Positions 27,122-39,924 of a stretch of 64,000 nucleotides of DNA are shown one piece after another. This stretch comes from the human T2T-CHM13v2.0 reference genome, Homo sapiens. The notes under the pieces are model-generated. The model worked only from the letters and a program-made list of their open reading frames with translations, searched no databases and was not told the DNA's origin. Each line of letters begins with the position of its first letter. The first letter of the stretch is position 1. The DNA is taken from NCBI RefSeq assembly GCF_009914755.1, contig NC_060935.1. The stretch is one strand, 5' to 3'. Made by a program: the position numbers and the translations under genes.

Positions 27122-27516
27122 TTCTAATTGCTTTATAGAATTCATTATTCACATGAGAATATATTCACAAATTGTTAAGTATCTCAGCCACTTATTAAAC
27201 CAAGTTTAAAAATAATAATAATAACCATTTTATAATTTTAAAAAGATTTCAAGTTGAAGAACCTTAGGTAGCAGGTGTCTTGAGTAGAGTATGTATGTAC
27301 TCAAATGATGTCAAACTGCAGGCACTACAAATATTGTCTGGTCAACCTCCACCTTACCAAGTAAAAATTAATTGATTTTGTTATTTAAAGGTTAAAATAT
27401 AAAATAATAACAATGTAGTTAAGCCTTCATGGTGTAATGTCTAGAAAACTTCTTGCCCTTTCTCTCCAAAGCTGAAATGCCAGATGGTGAGGTTAATTAA
27501 CACACAACAATCTTGA

Positions 27517-27843
<327 letters not shown>

Positions 27844-30141
27844 TAATTTTTTTTAAGTTATACTTTTAAGTGCTGGGGTACATGTGCAGAATGTGCAGGT
27901 TTGGGGTACATGTGCAGAATGTGCAGGTTTGGGGTACACGTGCAGAATGTGCAGGTATACACATGCCATGGTGGTTTGCTGCACCTATCAACGCGTCATC
28001 TACATTGAATACCCTTTATTTCTTTCTCTTGACTAATTGCCCTAGCATTTCTCCTAATGGTATCCCTCCCCTATCCCCCTACCCCGCCACAGGCCCTGGT
28101 ATGTGATGTTCCCCTCCCTGTGTCCATGTGTTCTCATTGTTCAAGTCCCACTTATGAGTGAGAACATGCAGTATTTGGTCTTCTGTTCTTGTGATAGTTT
28201 GCTGAGAATGATGGCTTCCAGCTTCCTCCATGTCCCTGCGGAGGACATGAACTCATCCTTTTTTATGGCTGCATAGTATTCCATGGTGTATATATGCCAC
28301 ATTTTCTTTATCCAGTCTATCATTGATGAGCATTTGAGTTGGTTCCAAGTCTTTGCCATTGTGAACAGTGCTGTAATAAACATACATGTGCACGTGTCTT
28401 TATAGTAGAATGATTTATAATCCTTTGGGTGTATACGCAGTAATGGGATTGCTGGGTCAAATGGTATTCCTGGTTCTAGATCCTTGAGGAATTGCCACAC
28501 TGTCTTCCACAATGTTTGAACTACTTTATATTCCCACCAACAGTGTAAAAGTGTTCCTATTTCTCCACATCCTCTCTAGCATCTGTTGTTTCCTGACTTT
28601 TTAATGATCACCATTCTAACTGACATGAGATGGTATCTCATTGTGGTTTTGATTTGCATTTGTCTAATGACTAGTGACGATGAGCTTTTCTTCATATGTT
28701 TGTTGGCTGCATAAATGTCTTCTTTTGAGAAGTGTCTGTTCATATCTTTTGCCCATTTTTGATGGGTTTTTTTTTCTTGTAAATTTGTTGAAGTTCTTTG
28801 TAGATTCTGGATATTAGACCTTTGTCAGATGGATAGATTGCAAAAATTTTCTCCCATTCGGTAGGTTGTCTATTCACTCTGATGATAGTTCTGCTGTGCA
28901 GAAGCTCTTTAGTTTAATTAGATCCAGTTTGTCAATTTGGGCTTTTGTTGCCCTTGCTTTTGGTGTTTTAGTCATGAAGTCTTTGCCCATGCTTATGTCC
29001 TGAATGATATTGCCTAGGTTTTCTTCTAGGGTTTTTATGGTTTTAGGTCTTGCGTTTAAGTCTTTAATCCATCTTTAGTTAATTTTTGGATAAGGTGTAA
29101 GGAATGGATCCAGTTTCAGCTTTCTACATATGGCTAGCCAGTTTTCCCAACACCATTTATTAAATAGGAAATCCTTTCCCCATTGCTTGTTTTTGTCAGG
29201 TTTGTCAAAGATCAGATGGTTATAGATGTATGGCATTATTTCTGAGGCCTCTGTTCTGTTCCATTGGTCTATCTGTTTTTGCACCAGTACCATGCTGTTT
29301 TGGTTACTGTGGCCTTGTAGTATAGTCTGAAGTCAGGTAGCATGATGCCTCCAGCTTTGTCTTTTTGCTTAGGATTGTCTTGGCTATGTGGGCTCTTTTT
29401 TGGTTCCACATGAACTTTAAAGTAGTTTTTTCCAATTCTGTGAAGAAAGTCAATTATAGCTTGATGGGGATAGCATTGAATCTATAAATTACCTTGGGCA
29501 GTATGGCCATTTTCACGATATTGATTCTTCCTATCTATAAGCATGGAATGTTTTTCCATTGTTTGTGTCCTCTCTTATTTCCTTGAGCAATGGTTTGTAG
29601 TTCTCCTTGAAAAGGTCCTTCACATCCCTTCTAACTTGGATTCCTAGATATTTTATTCTCTTTGAAGCAATTGTGAATGGGAGTTCACTCATGATTTGGC
29701 TCTCTGTTTGTCTGTTATTGGTGTATAGGAATGCTTGTGATTTTTGCACATTGATTTTGTATCCCGAGACTTTGCTGAAGTTGCTTATCAGCTTAAGGAG
29801 ATTTTGGGCTGAGAAGATGGGGTTTTCTAAATGTACAATTCATGTCATCTGCAAACAAAGACAATTTGACTTCTTCTTTTCCTAATTGAATATGCTTTAT
29901 TTCTTTCTCTTGACTGATCACCCTGGCCAGAACTTCCAATACTATGTTGAATAGTAGTTGTGTCAGAGGGCATCCTTGTCTTGTGCCAGTTTTCAAAGAG
30001 AATGTTTCCAGTTTTTGCCCATTCAGTATGATATTGGCTGTGGGTTTGTCATAAGTAACTCTTATTATTTTGATATATATTCCTTCAATACCTAGTTTAT
30101 TGAGAGTTTTTAGCATGAAGGGCTGTTGAATTTTATCGAAG
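27844..30141 (-). mobile_element. 5'-truncated L1PA7-like (~2.3 kb)
   Basis: ORF2 C-terminal fragments on the minus strand (28141-28512, 29075-29293, 29793-30116) and L1PA7-type 3'UTR. Confidence 0.95.
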
Positions 30142-30918
30142 CATCATACTTCTCCTGAGAAAGAGATGAAAATTAACAGATACTGACGTTTGCTAACATA
30201 GGTCTATGCTGGTCTTGTTTTCCATTTACTAAAAACACTCAAGAAATAACAGCCTTTTATTCTGAGGGATAAGTAATTTAGTAGATAAATCAGCCTTCTC
30301 AGGTACATATTAATCTACTACAATTTTAATTTTATGTATAATAACTATAAAGTTTCTGCATCTGCTTCCTGTGAATTCCCTCCAAAGCCTATGATTGAAA
30401 TTAGTTGTAAGTAATGTTTGAAGAACTTTTGCAATTTCTTTTATGAGAACTTGAAGAGTATCACTTAATACATATAAACTTAGCTGGCAAATCCAGGTTT
30501 GGGGCAACCTTTCTCACTAATGAGCAGTGTGAGCCTGGACAAATCACACCCAACATTTCTGAGCTTCCATTTTCCCTGCATGTCTGATGAGGGCCCTGTG
30601 ACCCAACAATAGCACAGGCTGTTTCTTTCTGGCTCTAAAAGCTCTAGCTCTAAGTTACTTTTATTTCCAAGATCAATGCATAAAATAAATTTCAGAGCTA
30701 CTTTCTTGATTTTCCAAACAGTGCTGAAGAATCAGGAGACAAACTTGAATTTGTAATATTAAGAAAAAGAAAAAAAAGGAGAAAACCCACACCCATCACT
30801 GAAGTAATTTCAAAAACAAGCAATTTACTTGTGCCCAACAGAAGTCCCAGACAAACTTCTATTACTCTGAAGAGAAAAAATATGGTAGGTGAATAAATTA
30901 GGAGGGAAACACACCACA

Positions 30919-30953
30919 GACACACACACACACACACACACACACTACACACA
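30919..30953. repeat. (CA)n microsatellite
   Basis: Seen directly. Confidence 0.95.
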
Positions 30954-31513
30954 TGTATTAATATGAAGTAAAAGAAACCTATCCCATCAGATAAGAATAT
31001 GCCAAAAATCCAAAGGCTGTTTTTCAGAACAGGTGAAACTACTGTTTCCCACCAAAACCAATCTGATATTTCATAAACTAAATTACAATTGTAAGAAGAA
31101 AAATAAGTGTAAAATAAGAATTTTTGTTTTATAGGTGTTCTTTAATTTGTCAAAGACATCCCACTGATAAAAATTCATCCTATATAGCTAGGAGCTATAT
31201 ATAGGAGCTATATCTAAATTTTTCTTTTCTTCAGAGAAACAGAGTAGCTTATCATCTAACTAAATTGCTATGGTGCTTCAACTGAGCTCAATTCTAACAA
31301 GTCAAGTTGGTTAAATTACAAAAACAGATTTCAACAAATCATGTTAACATACAAGCTATAATTTTCAGAAAGCATTTGCTTTTAAACACTGATGATCTGC
31401 AATGTTTTTTTTTTAATTTTCATCACATTTGCCCCAGTAGACCTTTAAATAATCCAGAAAAAGTTAAAGTGGGAACTTATTTTCCCATTTTGCCCTGCTT
31501 TTGTTTTGATTAC

Positions 31514-31798
31514 CTTTCACGTTTATCATAAATTTAAGAAAGGGATTGTGAAGAGAAGGAATGACCCACTAAGTTTCTACAGAGATACCTAAGTAATTTA
31601 ACATCAGCAACACCCAAGTCTTTCCAGTTCTTCCACATTCTCCCATGTGCCTTGGGCACCCTCCAATCAGACACTATCCTGACATCGCCTCTCTTGGAAC
31701 ACCTTCCTCAGGACATCCATTTGGCAAAATGGGTTGGAAAGAATGGTCTCAGGTTCCCCCAGTGATTGGAAATGTGCTTCTGCCTCTCTCATTCAAAC
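31514..31798 (-). ncRNA. Candidate antisense exon, possibly BBOX1-AS1 (downstream boundary uncertain)
   Basis: Minus-strand acceptor ctgtttttttctttttcttcttctacctag|G (AG = plus 31799-31800) in unique sequence. An antisense lncRNA overlapping BBOX1 is known; the assignment is inference. Confidence 0.4.
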
Positions 31799-32952
31799 CT
31801 AGGTAGAAGAAGAAAAAGAAAAAAACAGATAGAAAGCTCAAAACAGCAGTCTGAAATGTAATTAATGTTTCTTGGCACAGATGTCTATAGGAGTGATCAC
31901 TTCAATAGTTGGTGTGACATGGGCACACCACCATCTTTAAGCAGAGGAACCATGTTCCTCATGGTAGAAAATGCACCCCTGGACTGGGTATTCATTAAGT
32001 ATTAGTGTTTCACATTTCAAGTTATATAAAAATACTTTCAGCCAAAAAATTTTCAAACACATGAATGAATATATTTTTTAAAATGTATTGAGTTTAATAT
32101 ATATATCAGCACACAAAGAACTTCATAAAAATAAATAAGAATAATTTTTAAATGGTCTTATTCCTACAAGAACCTAAGATAAATCATCCGTATGCTAGTA
32201 TTTCCTAGCCTCTTTCTACTTCTGTTTTTTGGGGTAATTACAGTAGATTTTTTCTTTGGCTTGAAATGAGGATTCAATGAGTTATTATACATAAAGAACT
32301 TCAAACAGTAAGTGGCATAAAGAAAGCATTCAATAAATGTAAACTATTATTACTTTTACTACTACTGCTACTTCTACTACTATTACTACTATTGTAATCT
32401 TACCGTCCATACAATTAAAACTAATAATCTTTTTTCACTTTATGTTGTTATTTTTCCTGTTTTATTGAGGTAAATTGACAAATAAAAGTTGTAAACATAA
32501 TGGTCAGTGTGATGCTTATCTATACATTGTGAAATAATTACCACAATCAAACTAATTAATATATCCATAACTTTACATAGTTATCATTGTACGTTGGGGG
32601 GGTGAGAACACTTGAGATCTACTCTTTCAGCAAATTTCGAATACACAAGACAGTATTATTAACTATAGTCACTATATTGTACATCGGATCTCCAGAATTT
32701 ATTTATCCTGAATAAGTAGTATGCTTTGACCAACATATCCCCATTTCTCCCACCTCCCAGGCCCTGGCACCCACTGTTCTACTCATGACTTCTATGAGTT
32801 TGGCATTTTTAGATTCCATGTATAAGTGATATCATATTGCATTTGTCTTTCTGTGCCTGACTTATTTCACTTAGCATAATGCCCTTCAGGTTGATCTGTG
32901 TTATCAAAAATGACAGAATTTACCTTCTTTTTTAAGGTTGAATAATATTGAG

Positions 32953-33014
32953 GTGTGTGTGTGTGTGTGTGTGTAGACAGATGATATAGATAGATGATAG
33001 GCAGATAGATAGAT

Positions 33015-33045
<31 letters not shown>

Positions 33046-33046
33046 T
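32953..33046. repeat. Compound (GT)n/(GATA)n STR
   Basis: Seen directly. Confidence 0.95.
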
Positions 33047-33227
33047 GGGTTTGATATATACCACATTTTTAATCCACTCATTTATCAATGGACAATTAGT
33101 TGATTCCATGTTTGGGCTGTTCTGAATAATGCTGCTATGAACATGAGAATGCAAATATCTCATTGACATACTGATTTCATTTCCTTAGACTATATGGCCA
33201 GTAATGATACTGCTGGAATGGTAGTTC

Positions 33228-33604
33228 TTTTTTTTTTTTTTTTTATACTTTAAGTTTTAGGGTACATGTGCCCATTGTGCAGGTTACATATGTATACATG
33301 TGCCATGCTGGTGCGCTGCACCCACTAACTCGTCATCTAGCATTAGGTATATCTCCCAATGCTATCCCTCCCCCCTCCCCCCACCCCACAACAGTCCCCA
33401 GAGTGTGATGTTCCCCTTCCTGTGTCCATGTATTCTCATTGTTAAATTCCCACCTATGAGTGAGAATATGCGGTGTTTGGTTTTTTGTTCTTGTGATAGT
33501 TTACTGAGAATGATGATTTCCAATTTCATCCATGTCCCTACAAAAGACATGAACTCATCATTTTTTATGGCTGCATAGTATTCCATGGTGTATATGTGCC
33601 ACAT
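33228..33604 (-). mobile_element. Young 5'-truncated L1PA2-like insertion
   Basis: cccactaactcgtcatctagcattagg (GAG-type, not Ta ACA), acagtccccagagtgtga, gagaatatgcggtg; poly(T) at 33228. Confidence 0.93.
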
Positions 33605-33892
33605 ATGTTATTTGGGGGGGGGGAACTTCTGTACTGTTTTCTATAATGACTAAAATAATTTACATTCCCACTAACGGTGTACAAGGGTTTTCTTTTCTCC
33701 ATATTCTCACCAAGACTTACCTTTTGTCTTTTTGACAATAGTCATTCTAACAGATGTGAGATGATCTCATGAGGTGGTTTTGGTTTGTATTTACCTGATG
33801 ATAATTGATAGCATTTTTATATACCTGCTGGCCATTTATATGTCTTCTTTAGAGAAATGTCTATTCCATTTCCTTGCCTATTTTTAAAATTT

Positions 33893-34027
33893 TTAATTTT
33901 TTATTGTTTTAGAGGTAGGGTCTTTCTATGTTGGCCACGTTGGCCTCAAACTCCTGAGTTCAAGCAATCCTCCTACCTCAGCCCCTCAAATAGCTGGGAT
34001 TACAGGCATGTACCACTGCACCCAGCT
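33893..34027 (-). mobile_element. FLAM
   Basis: Alu monomer; TSD-like gcc(t/c)attttt. Confidence 0.85.
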
Positions 34028-37000
34028 GCCCATTTTTTAATTGAGTAGCTTGTTTTATTTCTGTTGAGTTGTTTGAATTCCTCATATATTTTGGAAATTA
34101 ACCCCTTATCAGATGTATGGGCCCTGCTGTGGCTTACAGAAGAGTCAGCATGGCTCCATTTGAAAGTGACTTTAGCATACAGAATGATATAGGATGATTG
34201 CTTCACTTACTTGATTAAAATAAGTAAAAACATAGATGGCCCTCAGATGTATGATTTACAAATATTTTCTCTCATTTTTTAGGCTGTCTCCTCACTCTCT
34301 TTATTATTTCCTTTGCTGTGCAGGGATTTAATTCAATACCATCTCATTTGTTTATTTTTGCTTTTGTTGCCTGTTCATTTGGGTTCATATCCAAAAAAAT
34401 CCATGCCCAGACAAATGTCATGGAGTTTTCCCATATGTTTTCTTCTAGTAGTTTTAGAGTTTCAGATTTTATGTTTAAGTCTGTAATCCATTTTGAGTTG
34501 ATTTTTATGTATGATGTGAGATGAGGGTCCAATTTTATACTTCTTCATCTGGATATTTAGTAACACTCCACCATTTGTTGAAGAGACTTTCTTTTCCCCA
34601 TTTAGTGTTCTTGGGATCTTTGTCAAAGATTAATTGACCTTATATGCACACATTTATTTGTAGGCTGACTATAACTTTCTATTGATTTATATGTATTTTT
34701 ATTCCAATACCATGCTGTTTTGATTATTATAGTTTTGTATGATATTTTGGGATCTGATAATGTGATAGTTCCAACTCTGTTTTTCCTTCTCAAGACTGCT
34801 TTGGCCACTCAGATTTTTTGTGGTTCCATACATATTTTAGAGTGCCTTTTAAAATTTATTTGATAAATGTCATTGGAGTTTTGATAGTAATTGCACTGAA
34901 TCTGTAGATGACTTTGGTAGTATGGATATTTTACCAATATTAATCATTCAAATCCAAGAACACAGAGTATTGTTCCATTTATTTGTGTCTCATTTAATTT
35001 TTTTGTCATCGTCTTATAGCTTTCAGTGTATAGATCTTTTACTCCTTGGTTAAATGTAATTCTAAGTATTTTTAGTGGTCCTGGAAATTGAATTGTCGTA
35101 TCGATACCTTTTTCAGAATGTTAGTTGTTATTATACATAAATGCTACGAATATTTGTATGTTGATTTTGCATTCTGCAACTTTACTAAATTTATTAGTTC
35201 TAAAAGTTTTTTCTGCAGTCTTTAGGGTTTTCTGTGTATAAGATCATGTCATCAGAAAACAAGGACAATTTTAGTTCTTCCTTTCAGATTTGGATGCCTT
35301 TCATTTCATCTTCTTGCCTAATTGTTCTGGCTAGGACTTCCAGTACTATGTTATTAGAAGTGGTTAGAGTGGGCATTCTTGTCTTGTTCCCAATCTTAGA
35401 GGAAAAGCTTTCAACTTTTCATCAGTGAATATGATGTTAGCTGTGGGCTTGGCACAGATGGCATTTATTATGTTGAGATACATTCCCTCTATACATCTTT
35501 GTTGATAATTATTATCATAAAAGGATGTTGAATTTTATCAAATGCCACTTCTGCATCTATTGAAATGACCACCTAATTTTTATCCTGAATTCTGCTAATG
35601 TGTTGTCATATTTACTGATTTGTGTGTGTCAAACCATCTTTGCATCCCAGAGATAAATCTCACTTGATCATACTGTATGATCCTTTTAATGTGCTATTGA
35701 ATTCATTTTGCTAGTATTTTGTTAAAGATTTTGCATCTATGTTTACCAGGAATATTGGTCTGTAATATTCTATTATTTCAGTATTCTAGTCTGCCTTTGG
35801 TTTGAGGGTAGTGCTGGCCTCATAAAATGAGTTTGGAAGTATTCCCTCTCTGTCAATTTTTGGGGAAAATTTGAGTAGAATTTGTGTTAATTCTTCTTTA
35901 ATGTTTGGTGGAATTCACTGGTGAAGCCATCAGGTCCTGGAGTTTCCATGGTTGGAAGGTTTTTGATTACTGACTTAATCTTCCTACTTATTCTGTTCAG
36001 ATTTTCTATTCATGATTCAGTCCTGGTAGGTTGTACATTTCTAGGAATGAATTCATTTCTTCTAGATTATTCAATTATTGGCATGTAACTGTTCATAGTA
36101 GTCTCTTATGAGCTTTTGTATTTCTGTGGTATCAGCTGTAATGTCTCCTCTTTCATTTCTGATTTTGAGTCTTCTCTCTTTGTTTCTTAGGTTAGCTAAT
36201 GGTTTGTCAATTCTACCTTTCAAAAAAGTTTTAGTTTAATTTTTTTCTTGTCTCTATTTCATTTATTTCTGCTCTAATCTTTATTATTTCCTTCCTTCTG
36301 ATAACTTAGGGATTAATGTGTTCTTCTTTTTTCTAGTTCCTTGAAGTGTAAAGCTAGATTGTTTATTTAAGATCTTTTTTTATTTTTTATGAAGGCATTT
36401 ATCACTATTAACTTCCTTCTTCAAACTACTTTTACTGCATCTCAAAAGTTTGTTATGATGTGTGCTATTTTGATTTGTCTCAAGATATTTTTAATTTCTC
36501 TTTTGATTTTTTTCCTTGACCCATTAGTTGTTCAGGAGTTTGTTGTTTAATTTTCACATATTTGTGAAAACTGAAAATTCACAGGAGTTTTTTAGTTTTT
36601 CCCCTGGTATTGATTTGATGACAAAGTCATTATCTTTCATAAAATGATATTTCATACAATTGCAAAGAGAATAATAAAACTTTTTGTGAGAATATAAACT
36701 GCAGGCAATTTAAAGAATATCTTTGGAACATTGCTTACATGTGTCCTCCCATATATGCTTTTACTCCCACAGTTCTCATTTCTTCTAGACTACATTTTTA
36801 CAACAGCTCCATACAATGTATCTGATTCTAACCCTTTAACCTTCTTTCAATATACCATACACACTGTCATCACCTTCATTGTCAAATCTGCTACCTGAAA
36901 AAAATATTTAAAAAGTCCCATTCATAACAGAATGAAACCCAAACTCCTTATCTTGCTATGCATGGTGCTTCATGATCTGGTATCAACATGCCTTTTAATC

Positions 37001-37813
37001 TCTCTCAACCACCATTTCCCCTCATAGCCTTTTGTTCCAGCCAAACAACATGTTTTCTACTGCTCAAACACTGTATTTTCATATCTTTGTTGTTGGCTCA
37101 GCCTGCACCCTAAATGTGGAATGACCTTTCACAAATCTTCTTAAATCCAACTTATCTGTACCCAGATGAGCTAGCAAATAAAGGTTTAAATAAGTAAAGA
37201 ATTTAGCTTTTATCATGTAAAAAGGAGGTCCAGACATGACCATCTATTGCTGGTAAAGTGTTTTCACAGAACCCTGGGGAACTCTTGACTTCTTTTAGAT
37301 TTTATACTTCCGCTTCTTGCCTAATGGTTGCAAAATTACTGCTTCACCCCCAATACTACACTCACATTCCAGAAAGGAAGTGGAAAAAAATAGAGAAAAC
37401 AGCATATGGCAGCCAAGTCTTATCACCTTTTTTAAAATTTCCCTACACAGCAACTTCCAAATATATTTCATTGGGCATAATTATATCATAACTAATCTTA
37501 GCTACAAAGAAAGCTGACAAAATATTTCCTAGTCAAAAAATGTTGTACTAGTGAGGAAGGAAAATAAGGTGAAACCGATATGCATTCAGCAATGTTGGCC
37601 TTAATATTTGTTTATTTTCATAATTGTCTTCTCCTGGTTGTCTGGAACTTCAAAGTCATCTTTGTACCTTCTAGTGCAGCATGCACAAAGAAGATACTTA
37701 TTATATATTTGAGTAAGTTTAACTTTATAAATGACAAGGGAAAGAGAACCATTTTTGCATTTAAGCATGATTGTATTCCATCGTAATGAAAGCATAAACT
37801 TAGATAACTTGAT

Positions 37814-38013
37814 CAAGAGTAAGCAAACTACTGCCTGGGGGCAAAATGTCGCCTACATTGTTTTTGTGCACACCATGAACTAAGAATAGTTGATACATTC
37901 TTATAGGGTTTTAAAAAATAAAAACAGGAATATGTAGCAGGGACTGTATATAAACTGCAAAGCCTAAAAGATATGCCGTCCGGCATTTTACAGAACATAT
38001 TTGCCATCCCTTG
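37814..38013 (+). mobile_element. MER58-family (hAT-Charlie) fossil
   Basis: gcaaacta...ctaagaata...gcaaagcctaaaa...tttacaga...tttgcc. Confidence 0.7.
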
Positions 38014-38667
38014 ACACCGGTTAAAATGTACTACATTTCTTTTTTTTAGTGTTATTTAAGGATCTAGTTGTATTATTCCAGGGTCATTGGAGCCATCTTT
38101 GTCTTTTGAAACAATGTATGTGAGAAAACTTGCCAGCCAACCCTTTCTCTTGTCAGGAAATTCAAATGTCCTACCCATTCCACAGAGAAACTGATGTTAG
38201 GACTTCCATAATGCTCCTCACTCAGACTTATGAGCTAAATTTCCAGGTTTGAAAGTACACTATAATTTTTGATTATTTTTAAGTAATAGTGTTCTCCTAC
38301 CACTATACAAATTTAAAGAAAAAAATTATAGTTCCAAAGCAGAAATAAGCATGAGAGCCAATTAATTGTATTTCACACATGCAATTATTGGATAACTCTA
38401 TATGTGAAGCTAAAGGGACAAAGCAATATTTTTCCTATTGACTCTGCTCCATAACTTGACTAAATTATCCAAGCCAATGATTTGAGGAAGCATATGTGAA
38501 ACCACCTAGAAGTATTTTACTTTCATGTTGTGTAAGGTATATTTTAAGTTATCTTAATGTTGCATAAAGTCTTCCCATAATCTCAAGAAGGACAGGGAGC
38601 AATTTTATCTTACTTGTCACTAAATCCCCCAGTGCCTATTGCAGTGCCTGGAAGGGATTTTATAAGC

Positions 38668-38678
38668 TGTGTGTGTGT

Positions 38679-38731
<53 letters not shown>

Positions 38732-38750
38732 TGCACATGTGTACATGCAT
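38668..38750. repeat. (TG)n microsatellite extending into an alternating purine-pyrimidine tract
   Basis: About 30 TG units with one TC interruption, then cgcgtgcacatgtgtacatgcat. Confidence 0.95.
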
Positions 38751-39924
38751 TCCTACTTCCCCTTCATCTCAAGGCAATGAAGTATTGTTTCCATTGTCAT
38801 ATGTCACCTTCTGTTAATGATGAGCAGATCACTACATGGACGAAGTTAAGGAGCTCTACTTCTCGCATATAAATTCTACTTTTCCTATGTAAGTTCTACT
38901 TCATCCACGTAAGTTTAGAGTGCTGGAAAATAACATATGAAGAAAGTAAAATGTAAAACATTGGCATGGTTTCTGAAGGTCAAATATATAGTCACTAATG
39001 GAATCAGGATCAACACCGTTGCTCAAGCATAATACCACGGTGTCTCTGTTTCACTAAGTTTCCTCTCCTGTAAATAGTCCATGTCCTTAAATTTGCTGGA
39101 TTTTTTTAATAAAAGTAAGTCATGTAATCCCAAGTAATATGAAGGTATACACAAGTACTCCAAAAAGGTTCAGAATAAAGTAACTGAAGTAACAAGGCAC
39201 ACTCTATTGATATGCATTAAAACAAAAAATCTCAACAAACCAAGCAAGTTTCTTGCAGAACCTAAGGACTTCTATATTTCATTAAGAAAATGTATTGTAA
39301 AGGTAAAAAAGCAAATGATAGAACAGAAACAGCGCAATATTCTGAATTGAAGAAACAGTGCAATATTCTGAATTACAGTGGTCTTTAAGTAAATAATAAG
39401 CATTAATATTCTCTTCATAAAGACGAGTTTACTAATTTAGTATCATAAAAACATTTTTTTTCAAAAGCCATGTCCAAGTGGGCACCAGTTAAAATAGGAC
39501 AGGGGTGATTGTTACACTTTCAATTTGTGGAACATTTTTCTTCCTTAAACATTCCAGAGCTTTTATGCAAACATAATTATTAAAGTGCATATGTCATTGG
39601 TTCTGAACTTAATATCTGAATTTTCTGTGAGAAAAACAAGGAATTCTTTTCATTTGGATCCTGACTCAGCACTTACATCCCATTTACTTTTAGTCACTGT
39701 GTTTCTGCTTACAGTATGTGAAATACTCTCACCAGAACAAAGGTCCCAGCGTCAATAAGTCAAACCGCAGACTCTGACAGCTGAGTGAATAGCAGAGGCC
39801 AGAGTCCACTTGAAGTGTTCACACTCTCAGAGGCCAAGTTTAGATCTTATCTGCCTGAGATTCCTTTTAACACTGATTTGTCATAGCAGGTAGCTGACAG
39901 CATCTACTCCTGAAGACCGGAAAC

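Larger units (their letters stand above)
32451..36620 (-). mobile_element. L1MA8/9-like, ~4 kb, with nested L1PA2, FLAM and an orphan insertion
   Basis: tttattgaggtaaattgacaaataaaag 3' end; continuous degenerate ORF2 on the minus strand. Confidence 0.88.

Noticed and set aside
27874-27956. 28-bp direct repeats as a CRISPR-like array
   Set aside because: No spacers; the units are L1 3'UTR sequence; eukaryotic DNA.
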